From: Phyllosticta citribraziliensis
Lineage: Eukaryota
Length of the DNA stretch: 64,000 nt
Direction: 5' to 3'
NCBI RefSeq assembly: GCF_038025025.1
Contig: NW_027117346.1
Span: 1,178,001 to 1,242,000 of the forward strand
In this document: one piece after another, positions 36,824 through 48,576 of the stretch
Position numbering within the stretch: position 1 is the stretch's first letter
Layout: the number at the start of each line of letters is the position of its first letter
The notes under the pieces: model-generated
The model's input: the letters and a program-made list of their open reading frames with translations, nothing else
What the model was told of the DNA's origin: nothing
Databases searched by the model: none
Made by a program: the position numbers and the translations under genes

Positions 36824-38299
36824 GCTGGGTCGATTTACGCCGATTTCGAAGCTGCGTGCAAAGAAGGAGGACCTGGGCGCGCTCTCCTTCACGAAACGGC
36901 CATACTCTACTTATATGAACAAGATACATCCATATCATGGTGACTTGGGCCTTGACTTAAGACACAGTCGACGGACCGAATTCCTCTCTGGTCGAAGCAG
37001 CGGCGCAACGCGGCCCCATGCACACCATCCACGCGGCCGATAGTCGTCGACCGCGCCAACTCCCCGCATGGCGACTTGGTCTACTTTGCCGCAAACTAAA
37101 CCGATGATTAGCGACTGTGATCACCGCCATAGTGGAGAGCGTCGGGACTAGATCTCGAAATGCAAAATGACCGGGGGGTTCTTCGTCATGCTCCCTATCT
37201 GAGATAACAATCGTCTTTGCAGGCGCAATCAGAAGAGCCGTTTCGGAGAACCACGCCCCGAGTCGAGAATACTCTCTGCACTTCAAACCGATTCGATATT
37301 GCCGGAGGTCGAGTTGTCGAGGTCCGCTAGGTCTGCAACGCTTCGCGGCGCCTTACGTCGGATCCGGCAGGTGTCGCCAAAAAGCGGATGGCGTGATAAT
37401 GCTATTTTGTTTCGCGAACATGGCGAATGGCGAAAACTCGAACAAATGCGCGGCTCTTTCGAAATACTTCAATCATATGACAGCATCTTTCTCCGCCGAC
37501 CCCGGCACCACTGAGCGCGAGATGTGTAATGCCAACTCTTTGTGTGGCATCTAGATGAACGGCGACTGCCGATGCGGCCAGCGAATTTCAAGATGGATGT
37601 CCAGAAGATCGGCATTCTCTCCATGATGGTTTGAATTGGAGCGAATCATAGTGGAGATGAAGATCCAGAGATAGGAAAAGTAGCCTGATGAAGGCAGCGA
37701 TAGCCGCGAAGAAGCGTGTTTGCGCTGGCTGGCGAGGCCCTGAGCACGACACGATCAGCATTGTGCACAGCAGATTCGGTTCCAAGCCAAAGGTTTGACG
37801 ATGATGAGAGTTCTCGAAGAGCAGGGTTTGTTGTTGTCTGCACAGAGGCTGATGCGAAGGCGGATGCGGCTTGAGTGACTTGCTGACTCAAAGAACCCTG
37901 CTACATGTACACGCTGACGCGCTTCGCCGCTTCCTCTCCGACCTCACTCAACCATCTCGACACATAGTCCGCACAAGCTTTGACTCTGTTTCCATCATTC
38001 ACTTGCGACGGATATCCAGACAAGAAAGAGATTCCGTTGCAAATGGGAGAGAAGGCTCGATGAATGAACAGCTCACTAGACCGCAGAATTGGCCGTACTC
38101 CGGATCTTCTTAGGCTCATATTCCGTTCTGACCATTTCGCACACGTCGCTTCCCAGGACCCAGCCTCGCTGCAGGCCTCCAAGCTGGCCGGCCACATATT
38201 GGGCGCTCGATATCGCTAGAAAGAAATGGACCGCTCCATCGTACAGGAACAGCGAAAACAGCCTTCAGCAAGCACAAAGGACCTTCGAAAGCTCAGGAA

Positions 38300-39416
38300 T
38301 CATTGCCGCTTGATCGGATATTTTGCTCCACAGGCTTCTATGTTCAAAATGTTTGCAATCAGCGAATCGCTGTACCACAAATGCGCGCCATTGATGGGAG
38401 CAGGTCCTGGATCGGCCTTCGCATTGCAATGCTGATGGCGTCGTCAGTCGAACTCATGCAATGTCAACCTCTCAAACTCACCTCCGGGTCAACGCCCTCA
38501 CACCGAAAGGTCGTCTCCGGTCCGTTGGTCCTATCGTGGCTCTGCCAGTATTCAATTCCATGATGCCGGTAGCCCAGTACCTTTGGCGGAATCTGGGGAA
38601 CGCCGTCGTTGGCATGTGTCACGCGGAAGTGGCGTTCAGGCGAGATCATGGCGTCGGCATAGTGTGCGAATGCAGGATTGCCGTTGCGCGGCTCACCGTA
38701 CGTATAGACCGTCGGATTCAGACCAAGGCCCTTCAACGACACGGCTGCTATGGCAGCAATGGCACCGCCAAGCGAGTGGCCTGTCACGACTAGCGATGCC
38801 GATGGATTGCAGTATTCCTCGTTGTGTAGGGTTTGGATTATGTCTTGGGCGACCGAGGCGTAGGCTTCGGAAAAGCCTTTGTGGACCTGAGAACAAGCAT
38901 TGATGAGTCCACCACTTGTTCCATTTTCCCTTTTGAGGATATCTCACCTTGCAGGGGGTACAGTCTGTTCCTGGCGCGTCAAGAGGTACCAGTTGCCATG
39001 AGATGTCAGTATCCAAATCTCTGACGCTCTCAGTCCCCCGAAAGGCCAGCACAACTTCGTTTGCGCTTGGCCAGCGATACAAGTAGGCCTGCGTATCCGT
39101 CCGGGGGTCGTCGAAGTATTTGAGTATTCGCGAGCCAAACGGGGGACTTTCACAGTCTACCGCGTAAGAAGCAGCGGAGAATTGGTTGTACTGCACAATC
39201 TTGTCGTACACATTGGGCGAGACTGGGCCAGAGTCAGCAGCGCCATTCCACGTAGCGCGTCGCGATGCGCTTACCAGCTATTGGCGCGTGAGCTCTTGCG
39301 CCTTGAAATCCATCAGCGCCTGAAGCATTGGAGCTGTAGAGGACGCTTTGCGCCGCGAGATTTGGAGATGTTGCGATGCCGAAAATGGGCTGCTGTGGTG
39401 AGTTGAGAAGATCCAT
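38300..39416 (-). CDS. Class-3 lipase / feruloyl esterase A-like hydrolase; exons 39416..39275, 39222..38948, 38886..38482, 38431..38300
   Basis: VVLAFRGTES, VHKGF, VTGHSLGGA (nucleophile elbow), YTYGEPRNGN..FA, RVTHANDGVPQIP, YRHHGIEYW, AHLWY. The start codon is uncertain. Confidence 0.87.
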
Positions 39417-39775
39417 GGTGATGGACTGGTCGGCGATTCCCCTCGCTTCTGCGGAATTTGTTTCTCTCAAATCCAATCGTCTTCCCCCAAGCCGACTTGA
39501 GCTGTTGCCTCGACAGGCTCTCTGCAGTAGAGGCGGGGTTCTGCGGCCGAGACAGGTGGGAGTGGGATCAAGGTTGACACTCCCTAGTCGCTGTTCCGTG
39601 CCGCCAGTCATCCTCCGCTGCTAGTCTCAGGAACGAACGCTTTTCATCTGTCTTCTCTGGAGCCGAGGTTCATGATTTTTTGATCTTGACCCCAGCCCAA
39701 ATCGCCTCCAAAACATCTCCGCGAGACGCGTCAATCGCATTCTGAATCTATCGTCCAAGCGACACGACCACCACA

Positions 39776-40324
39776 ATGCGACCTTTTTTGCTCCTTGTCT
39801 TCATCCTCACCGTCTTCTTCAACTACGCCTCCGCCGACAACACCTTGCCCAGCGTCTCCTTCACCCGAATTCTTAAAGGCGTCAGCAACATCCAAGACGG
39901 CACAGTCGACCTCACACACAACACTGGCTATGTGATTTCTGGGCCATTGGGCGTCGCGCCCGCACTTCAAGTCCATTCGACCGCCGTCAAACTTCACAAG
40001 CGCCTCAAGTCGACATCCGACCTTTTGCGAGCCTTTCCCACAGCCACCTTCTCGCCGCCGCAGTCACTTCAGGTGGCGCTCAAGATGCTCTCGCTGCAGG
40101 TCGCGGTGCGCAAGAGCCTCAAGACGACGGCGGCCAAGGCCGACGCCTTTGGCGAGCTGAGCCCCATTGTGCAGGCCACGCTGCTGCAATTGAGACACGA
40201 TACGGCGGTTTTTGGGCAAGAGCTGGTGCCGCGCTTGGGGCGCTTCGAGCGTCTCCTTGCGCCTGCACTGATCAAGATGATTGATGGCTACTTCAAAGAC
40301 GCATTGGCAGCCTTTGGGGGATGA
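39776..40324 (+). CDS. Secreted HsbA / cell-wall mannoprotein-1 family protein (copy 1)
   Basis: Signal peptide (MRPFLLLVFILTVFFNYASA), 182 aa, Cys-free and helical. Family-like pattern KADAF...IVQATLLQLR.DT..FG..L...IDGYFKDALAAF. Confidence 0.75.
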   Translation: MRPFLLLVFILTVFFNYASADNTLPSVSFTRILKGVSNIQDGTVDLTHNTGYVISGPLGVAPALQVHSTAVKLHKRLKSTSDLLRAFPTATFSPPQSLQVALKMLSLQVAVRKSLKTTAAKADAFGELSPIVQATLLQLRHDTAVFGQELVPRLGRFERLLAPALIKMIDGYFKDALAAFGG

Positions 40325-41075
40325 GGTGGAGAGCGTCATTACGGACGTATGTCTGGTTACTCTCCCCCTTCTGCAAGGACGGCATGGAAGAATTGGCTCG
40401 GCGTCCTGTAGGCAGTTGTCTGCGATCCAATCACGGCTCAGATTGAGCTGTCAACCCTCGTTGCCTGTCCACATTCTTCGACGTCGCTCACCGAGTTCTT
40501 CCTTTTCCGAAGCCAAAAAGACCTGGCTGGGACAGTACCTCTTCCCCGCGCTCCATTGAGGCCGAGGCACTGGTCCGACTGCGCCATTTTGAAGCTATGA
40601 ACCAATTCATGAGATGCTTTCACATGGGAAGAAAAGGTGCATCAAAACATGTCCACAAGCTGATTTTGACCAGACCACACAGATGGACTCGGTTACTCTG
40701 CAAGTGAGCCCATCTACGCTTTCCTGGTGCTTCGACTAAAGATTCCGGGCCAGCCCTGCATGCGGGCGGGACGGGTGCGAACTAAGGTTCGGGATGCAGG
40801 GGTGCGACGTCTTCGCCCATACCACATGCAGCCGATTACTCGCGGCATGTGCCTTCTCTGCTGTCTGGAGTGCCTACCGTACGTAGTGCCATCCATCGCC
40901 AACCCGTGCGTCTGTTTGGAAGCCGCCTCCAGCTGTGGTGATTACCTTCTGAGGTGTGCCGCACTTGGATTCGGATTCGACAACTTTTCGGCATCTCATC
41001 CAGTCGTTCCAAGCCTACCGTCCAGATTGCTCCCACCTTCGAGACGAAGCAATTCAGCGTCAACCACCAACAGCC

Positions 41076-41657
41076 ATGCGTCTTTTTCTGCTGCCGGTCT
41101 TGTTCCCTTTCCTGCTCTTCTTCCTGCTCACTCCACGCGCCGCGAAAGCAGACAGCTCTCCACACGCTGCCGACCAACTTCTCGCCGACATTTACCAAAT
41201 ATCGTCCCTCCTCGCCTCACTGGGCCGCCAATTGACTCCACTCGCCATCACGCCTGCGCCTCCCGCATCAACCATCCAAGCCATCCGCTCCTCAATGCAG
41301 CAGACGACGGCGCAAATTGCTGCTTCGTCGCGCAGCGCAGCCGCCGCCCAGCCCTTCGACGACGCAGCCTCGGCCGCCATCGCAAACGCCATTGCCGACC
41401 TCAAAGACGCTGCGTTTGCTGCGCTCGACGTCCTCGAGTCCCGCCGCATGGTGTTTGATGCTACGAGCGCGGGCGCTTTGGGCTTCGTCAGCGCGCGTCG
41501 CTTCGTTCGCACCGATTTATTGGCGTTGGGAGAGGCTACGACGGCGTTTGGCAGCAATCTCATGGGGAAGATGGTCAAGGGCGTCAGGATTGCCGCGCCT
41601 CTCGTCGTTGGCGATTTGCATTGGCATTTTACGAGGGTTGTGGATGTCATGTCGTAG
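41076..41657 (+). CDS. Secreted HsbA-family protein (copy 2)
   Basis: Signal peptide MRLFLLPVLFPFLLFFLL from ATG 41076. Motifs QPFDDAASAAIA, LDVLESRRMVF, VRTDLLALGEATTAFGSNL, DLHWHFTRVV parallel copy 1. Confidence 0.7.
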   Translation: MRLFLLPVLFPFLLFFLLTPRAAKADSSPHAADQLLADIYQISSLLASLGRQLTPLAITPAPPASTIQAIRSSMQQTTAQIAASSRSAAAAQPFDDAASAAIANAIADLKDAAFAALDVLESRRMVFDATSAGALGFVSARRFVRTDLLALGEATTAFGSNLMGKMVKGVRIAAPLVVGDLHWHFTRVVDVMS

Positions 41658-42182
41658 AGTTGCGAGACACCAAGTGGGGATTGGGCGAGTCGACTTGTTG
41701 GAAGAGTTTCTCTATCTTCTACCATCTTGAAGAGCAGGGATCTACGTTTGTTTGCGAGCTTGCCTGCTACGAATCAGTGACAGCGGAAAGGGAACGCCAG
41801 TGGAGATGCTTTTGAACGAGATTTGAAGAGGAGGCGCAAGAGATGCTCGAGACGGACGTTTCGGTCTTTCGGTCTAATGAGGAAGCATGGCCTTCGGATA
41901 TCTTCAGGACCCACTCCCAGATTACGCCACCAACACCAAGGATGATTCGTGCGACAGCGGGGTAGACTTCTGGATTATTTAGCCACATGACTCCGCCGCT
42001 ATTCGTATACGAAGGCGAGTCCCTCCAAACAATAATAACACGACTGTGTCGCGATGGAACAGGTCTGCCTTTGCGCGAGTTCGGTTTGAAGGAACCAATT
42101 CCAACTCACCGTGGATATGGCCAACAACCACCCAACACCATTGAATGACGTCACGTCAGCCTCCAGCAGCAATCTTGGTGCC

Positions 42183-43250
42183 ATGTCCGCTCAAACGCTC
42201 TCCGCCGTCGTTCCCCCAGTCGTCCTGGGCGGCGCTGGATTCAGCAATCAATTGCACCCAGATCCAGCGTCGCTACCATCCCGCGCCATCATTTCTCGGG
42301 CCTTTGAGCTCGGCGTGCGCGCCATCGACACATCGCCATACTATGGGCCCTCTGAAATCATACTCGGCGATGCCCTTTCCCAGCCAGCCGTTACAGCCAA
42401 ATACCCTCGCTCCTCGTACCTGCTCTTCAGCAAAGCGGGCCGCATTGGAGCAGACCAGTTTGACTACTCGTCAGCATGGATCCGCAAGTCTGTTAAGCGC
42501 AGCCTTGAGAGGCTACGTACGCCGTATCTGGATGTCGTGTTTGCGCACGACGTCGAGTTCGTGACCGAAGACGAGGCTATCGCCGCTGTAGGCGAGCTCT
42601 TCCGACTTGCGGACGAGGGTTTCGCGCGCTTCGTTGGGATCTCTGGATATCCCATTCCGCGACTCTTGTCTGTTGCGCGCAAAGTTCGGGAACGTCATGG
42701 GCGCTCGCTCGACGCGGTGCAAATCTGGGGCCAGCTGACGCTACAAAACACGCGGTTGCTGGAAAGCGGTTGGCTGGACCAATTGAAGGATGCAGGTGTC
42801 AACTGCATCTTCTGCTCCAGCCCACTCGCGATTGGTCTGCTACGCTCTGGAGGTGTTCCCGTCGGCGACTTGGGAGACTTCCATCCGGCTCCCAAAGGCC
42901 TTAGGGAGGCCGCGGCAAGGGCGTCGGAGATTGTCGAGGAGCGAGGCGGCAATTTGGCTGAGCTGGCACTAACTTTTGCCATTACTACGGCCTTGTCTGT
43001 CAAGGCTCGGACCGGGACCAGCGTCAATGTCGTCGTGGCGGCTGGGAGCATTGCGGAACTCGAAGCAAATTGGAAAGTGGCATCCACGGTGCCGAGGCGC
43101 GATTCGAGGGACAGTCACGAGCAAACGAAAGGCCGTGACATCGACAGCCTGAGAAACGGAAACGACCTGTTAAGCCCTAAAGAAGCTGAGTTGGTCCGGA
43201 AAGTCCGAGAGATTCTCGGTGAATGGATCGACCACAGTCTTGGGGACTGA
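42183..43250 (+). CDS. Aldo-keto reductase, L-galactose / D-arabinose 1-dehydrogenase (Ara2-like)
   Basis: PPVVLGGAGFS, AIDTSPYYGPSE..LG.AL, SKAGRI...FDYS..WIRKSV.RSLERL.TPYLDVVFAHDVEF, VGISGYP, GDFHPAP.GLR. An alternative in-frame ATG exists at 42117. Confidence 0.85.
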   Translation: MSAQTLSAVVPPVVLGGAGFSNQLHPDPASLPSRAIISRAFELGVRAIDTSPYYGPSEIILGDALSQPAVTAKYPRSSYLLFSKAGRIGADQFDYSSAWIRKSVKRSLERLRTPYLDVVFAHDVEFVTEDEAIAAVGELFRLADEGFARFVGISGYPIPRLLSVARKVRERHGRSLDAVQIWGQLTLQNTRLLESGWLDQLKDAGVNCIFCSSPLAIGLLRSGGVPVGDLGDFHPAPKGLREAAARASEIVEERGGNLAELALTFAITTALSVKARTGTSVNVVVAAGSIAELEANWKVASTVPRRDSRDSHEQTKGRDIDSLRNGNDLLSPKEAELVRKVREILGEWIDHSLGD

Positions 43251-44697
43251 TCCGGGACGACGTCATCTCACTGGCTCTAGAACGGCAAAGACGCAAACAA
43301 GCTGTGGATTTTAGAGGACACCACTCAGTCGAAGTATCGAGATGCAAGTTCGACTGTTGCCTGAACTGGAGAGCCAAAGAAGTCCAAGCAGAATTGCAAC
43401 TCCGCAATCATTGCAGGATAGCGAGACGGCAACTGCTCGTCAAAGTGGATCCACAACAAAAGCCAAACATTGGACGTTGAGGTATTGTGGAATGATGTTG
43501 GTCTCCAGATCTGGCTGGCAGTGGATAGTAAGCAGTCCAAATACCAAAGACCTAGACCTTGATGCTTCAGTCAGCTTCCAACCGACGATCCCGTATCACC
43601 ACTTGGGGTACCTGACCAAGATTTCGGATCTATCGGCGCCACAAGTGAGACGTTTGCCAAAATTCCAGGGAACCACCCAGAAGCCGAGGATCGGGATGCG
43701 ATATTAAAGCCGGCCTGACGCGTCAACGATGAGCTCGTGGTGGTGAGAGACGTGCATCAGCGGAGAAGGCGCGGAGAAGACGTCGCCAGCAGCCCGGGAT
43801 GGACAGTCAATGAAGATCTTGCCACCCCCAGACAACAGGCCACATGGACGCAGTGATCGAGGCTGATTGGAAGCGATTCGTATGGGGAAAAGAGAAAATT
43901 GGTGAGAAAAAGCCACCGAAATCACCATTCTCTCGGTCGCCACTACGCTGCGATTGCTGCTAGTGACGGGAGGATGGCGTTGAAAGGACGTCACTTGTGG
44001 CTGCGGGAGAGCCGCTCGGCTCGAAAAAAGCTCGGGCCTCTTGGTGCGGCTCCTACTCCTCTACATCGACTCCGCTTCACTCTATCTCGATCGGATCTTC
44101 TGCGCCATCTCACCAGCGACTTCGCCCTCACTACATGTCCCGAAGTCTGGATTCTGCTGGTTAATCAGCCTCCTGTCCCGGCTCCGACCCGCAGCTCGCC
44201 ATGCACCCACGCCCGAGTCGCATGGCAAACGGCTCTTCAGCTTGGAGCACTCCACCAACGATTGATCGCAAATGCCCGACTTCGGTCCATTACCCTGCTG
44301 TGCATCTCTCATCAGGCCTACTAGTCGTCCCTGTCCTTGGTGTCATCGATGTGGACGCACGCGACGTGACGGCCTCTGCACTTCGCCCATTGGTCGCTCA
44401 CCGGGTGGCTGCCCATAATCCCTGCCACTCAATGTCATCCAGGCCAGCTTTGGCCCAGTGTTGGCGTCCGGCACGCTCGACCGTTCCTCTTCCAGATGGT
44501 CATGAAGTCACAGCAACGCACTTTCCCATGTCTCCAGCAAACATTGCCATCGGACCATGCGCCGGCCACTATGTCATTGCACTATAGCCGTTGTAATCCA
44601 TCTCCAAACTTGCGATGTTGTAGCTATAAGATGACCAGCTCCTCTTGGCCGTTTTTCAAGCACCAACCACCACGATCCTCAATCTCCAACTTCCACA

Positions 44698-46242
44698 ATG
44701 CTCTCGAGAAGTCTCTTGACCGGCGCTGCCCTGGCCTCTTTGGCCGCAGCTGCTCCTGCTCCTGCATCTGACGTTCCTGGTTATACGGATGCGGATGCGC
44801 CATACGCCACCGAAACGCCTGCACCTGTCACCAAGCTCGCTACTTCGTTCGGTCTGGATTCTCAAATCTCCGCTACCTTTACCACTCCTTCGACCGAGCC
44901 CCCGAGAGTGAGCAGTGACGTGACTGGCCACACGAGCCACGGTCCATACTCTGGTACCCCGACTACCACCGGTGCTGTTCAGGCCCCTACAACCTTGGCC
45001 TCTACCGTTTCGGCTTTGCCTCCCAACCCTACCGCGACCTACTACAACAAGGACGGTACTCTCACTGAGCCTGCACCTGCACCCTACGTTCCTGCAGGTG
45101 GATTGGGAACCAACGGCACCGAACCTCGTTACATGGTAAACTCAGACTTTGATTTCGAGTCCATCCTGCTCGGTCTGTACCAGGAATGGATCGAGTTGGA
45201 CCTCTTCAACAACGGCCTTGCGACATTCAGTGAGGAGGACTTCCTTGCCGCTGGTCTGACGGCTGAGCACCGCGAACTGATCCGCTTCATGGCGGACCAG
45301 GAGACTGGTCACGCAACGCTGTTGAGCCGCATGCTTGGAGAGGCAGCGGCTCCACAGTGCACGTACAACTACCCCTTTACCACGGTCCGCGAATTCATCG
45401 ACTTCAACGCGAAGCTGACGCGATGGGGTGAATCTGGAGTTTGTAAGTCAATCCAAGGTCTTTCGACCCATACAATACTAACTGTGGAGCCAGGGGGCTT
45501 TATCAACCACCTTGACTCGCGCGAAGTTGGTCAAATGTTGTCCCAGTCTATTGCCACCGAGGCTCGCCAGGAAATGTCCTTCCGCCAGATGCTTGGCCTG
45601 CACCCTCAGCCCGTCTGGTTCGAGACCGGCATCCCTCAGTCGTGGGCCTGGACCTACCTCGCGCCTTACATCTCGTCTTGTCCAGAGGGAACGACGCGCC
45701 TGGCATGGCAAAACTTCCCCGCGCTGCATGTTGTCAACAACCCCAACCCGAACCGTCTCTCGGCCAACGACACCAAGGACTTTGAGGTCGTTGGTAACCG
45801 CACGGCCGACCCGTCCGACTCGCGCATTCCTTCGGATGAGTCGTGCGTCAACCTCAATGTGACGGGCTACAACTGTGGACCGGCCATCTCCCGCAACCGC
45901 AGCGAGCCCCTGTCCTTTCCCGGCCGCCAAGTGCGCTTCACGTGGGACGAGCCTGGCCAGGCTGTTGGACCCAACAACAGTTACGTTACTTCGTCGACCG
46001 CTGGCGACCCCAAGTTTGTCGCCTGGGTCAGCCAGCTCAACCTGACTTACACGCCGCTCGAGGTTACGGGCCAGAACAAGGGTTTCACGTACCAGCCTCC
46101 CGACGTTGTCTACCAAGGTGAAGGTGCTGTCAACGAGACTGTTTTCGTCGCGTTGACCGACTCGGACCTCTACCTGACGCCTTTCAACTTGAGCATGATC
46201 AACCCTCATGTTAAGGCTTTGGGTCTGTACACGGCCGGCTAA
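44698..46242 (+). CDS. Rds1-like secreted ferritin-like (Ferritin_2) stress protein; in-frame 51-nt intron 45443..45493
   Basis: Signal peptide and Ser/Thr-rich stalk. Ferritin-like ligands YQEWIELDLF, DQETGHA, RWGESGV|WGF, ATEARQEM, and WFETGIPQSWAWTYLAPYISSCP. Confidence 0.85.
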   Translation: MLSRSLLTGAALASLAAAAPAPASDVPGYTDADAPYATETPAPVTKLATSFGLDSQISATFTTPSTEPPRVSSDVTGHTSHGPYSGTPTTTGAVQAPTTLASTVSALPPNPTATYYNKDGTLTEPAPAPYVPAGGLGTNGTEPRYMVNSDFDFESILLGLYQEWIELDLFNNGLATFSEEDFLAAGLTAEHRELIRFMADQETGHATLLSRMLGEAAAPQCTYNYPFTTVREFIDFNAKLTRWGESGVCKSIQGLSTHTILTVEPGGFINHLDSREVGQMLSQSIATEARQEMSFRQMLGLHPQPVWFETGIPQSWAWTYLAPYISSCPEGTTRLAWQNFPALHVVNNPNPNRLSANDTKDFEVVGNRTADPSDSRIPSDESCVNLNVTGYNCGPAISRNRSEPLSFPGRQVRFTWDEPGQAVGPNNSYVTSSTAGDPKFVAWVSQLNLTYTPLEVTGQNKGFTYQPPDVVYQGEGAVNETVFVALTDSDLYLTPFNLSMINPHVKALGLYTAG

Positions 46243-46514
46243 GCGCTTCTCTGGGGGAAGACAGACGTGGATGTTCAAAAGCACTGCTTGAAGCCTATAG
46301 TCTTTTGGAAGGTGATGATACCTCATCTGTACGAGTAATACGAACTTAATATTCAAGACTTTGTTTACCACATCAAACCACGATATTCATCAAACTGTGT
46401 ACGAAACTTGAGGATCCGAAAAATTGCTGAAAAGGAAGTTCTAAGCACAGAATGAACTGTGGCGCCGAACGACATGTTCAGGCTGACGTGATCGAGCCTG
46501 CTGGAAGCATCCAC

Positions 46515-47715
46515 TCAGACGCCAGTGGCCTGTCCGCCCTCCTCGACGCGCCTGCCCTGGCGGTCGAAGCTGACGCTACGGCCCTCCCACAGCGCCTTCT
46601 GCAGAGCCCAGCCAATTTCCATGCCCTTCAGTCCCAGCTCCAGTCCTACGGGGACGGGCTTGTCCTCAGCAACGCTCTCCAGGAACTCATTGGCTTCGGT
46701 AGCAAAGGCATGCTCAAAGCGATCCCAGTACTCGCTCTGGACCTCGTTCGCGATGCCATCGGGGGTCGCGACTTGGGTAAAGTCGGCGCGGGGATGGACA
46801 TTGACAAAGAGCTTGCCCTTGTCGCCAATGACCTCGGTGGCAACGTCGTGGCCGTGTGTCTGAGTGCGGCTGGCGTAGAAGTAGGCCATCTTACCGTCCC
46901 AGTACTCGACGACGGCGATGCCGTTGTCGATGTCGTTGGACTTGGCCAGGCCCTCATAGTGCGTGATGGTGCCGACAGCGAAGACGCGCTTAGGCACGAC
47001 GTCTTCGCCCAGATACCACAGCGACAGGTCGATGTCGTGGATGGTGCAGTCGACGAAGATGGCGCCGTTCTTTTGCGCGTAGGCTTCGAAAAAGCCGCTG
47101 TCGTCGCGCAGGTCGCCCGTCTGGCTGCGCACGATGAAGGGCCGTCCGATGGTGCCCGCGTCAATCTGCGCCTTGGCTGATCGGTACGACGCATCGAAGC
47201 GGCGCGAGTAGCCGGCCATGATCTTCAATTCGGGGTGCTGCTTTGCGAGGGCGACGACGGCGCGTGCCTGCAGGCGATCACTTTGCGCGTGAGTTTAGGT
47301 CGTCAAGCCTCGATGGTTTTGAGCTACGTACCTCTTCCAGATCGTACGACAGCGGCTTCTCGCATAGCACGTGTAGCTTCTTGTGAATGGCGGCCGTCGT
47401 GATGCGCGCGTGGAGGTCGGTGCTGGTGCTGACCCAGACGGCCTGCAGGCCCGGCTGCTCCAGCATCTTCTCGTACGAGTCGAACACCTCGACGCCGCTC
47501 TCGGGCCCAAAGAACTTGCGCGCCCACTCGAGCTCCGCCGGCGCTGGTGTGCAGACTGCTGTCAACTTGGCGCGCGGCGCGCGGTAGATGAGTGTCTTGC
47601 AGTGTCGCTTGCCCATGCGGCCGAGACCGACGACACCAATGTTGACTTGAGGGGCCGGGAACTTGTCGGGCATGCTGCTGAGAGCATCCACGCTCTGCGG
47701 CTTGACCTGAGGCAT
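46515..47715 (-). CDS. Gfo/Idh/MocA oxidoreductase (myo-inositol 2-dehydrogenase-like); exons 47715..47332 and 47267..46515
   Basis: GVVGLGRMG Rossmann motif, HVLCEKP, GYSRRFD, GAIFVDCTIHDIDL. A TATAAAA box lies on the minus strand at 47859-47853. Confidence 0.9.
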
Positions 47716-48576
47716 GTTGGATATGTGGGGCGCGGCGGGATAAGGATTGCGGAGATGGACGAAAAGGGAACTTCTTGAAGCTCTTGTCTTGAGGACAATG
47801 GAGAAATGAGAATTGAGATGATTGACTTTCAGAGAGACGCTGGCGCCCTTGGTTTTATAGCTCTTGACTCCCGTACCGCTCATTGAAGCCGTCCTGGACA
47901 GCAGAGCTTCCGGGCATCACCATCGGGGAATACCTTCTCTTCAAGGCACCTTACTTCTCGGAAGGCCAAATCCATCGCCAACCTCGGGCCAAACTTGCTT
48001 CTTCAGCACGGATTATGGGTCTCTAGTCCCCACGGCATCCAGTCGAGGGCAGTTTCGCGGTCCTCAATGACGAATATCGAGGTCTTTGATTGGATCTCGT
48101 CGTGGTCGTCTCCATCTTTTGCGGTCGTTGCATGCGGGGTTCTGCAGAGTAACGAGTCTTTGAACGACATTACTTTCCTTTTGGCGTCCAGGTGAGCGGA
48201 AATCGTAGTGGAGAATTCTTAAGCGGATACGGTGAGGTTTTGAGGGCATGGAAAACAGATGCCGACGTCTGGAGTATCCAAATTCACATCCAAGCGCGGG
48301 GTTGCGGGGTCAGGGTCTCGCTTATTTGACGTCATTTCGGGCTTAGATTGAAGATATCCCTGTCAGACATCTGGGGCTTCTCCTCAACACGTGATGGGAA
48401 CAAATTCTGCGTATATTCTGATACGTCGGGAAGCCATGAGTACAACGTTTGGTTCTTCCATTCGCCGTTGCGCTCGTGTAAGTTGGCTCTAAATTTGGGG
48501 AGGAGAGCTGGTTCTAAATGCACGTCGTTGGAACATGCATATCCACGAGCCGGGGGTATCCAGCACGTCGGTCTTC

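Noticed and set aside
45478..46371. Long antisense ORFs (also 1147..2133, 6346..7167, 10886..11635, 15536..16594, 46452..47180, 50581..51594, 54532..55602)
   Set aside because: They are mirror frames of well-supported genes. Strong C/G-ending codon bias suppresses antisense stops, and they contain no recognisable domains.
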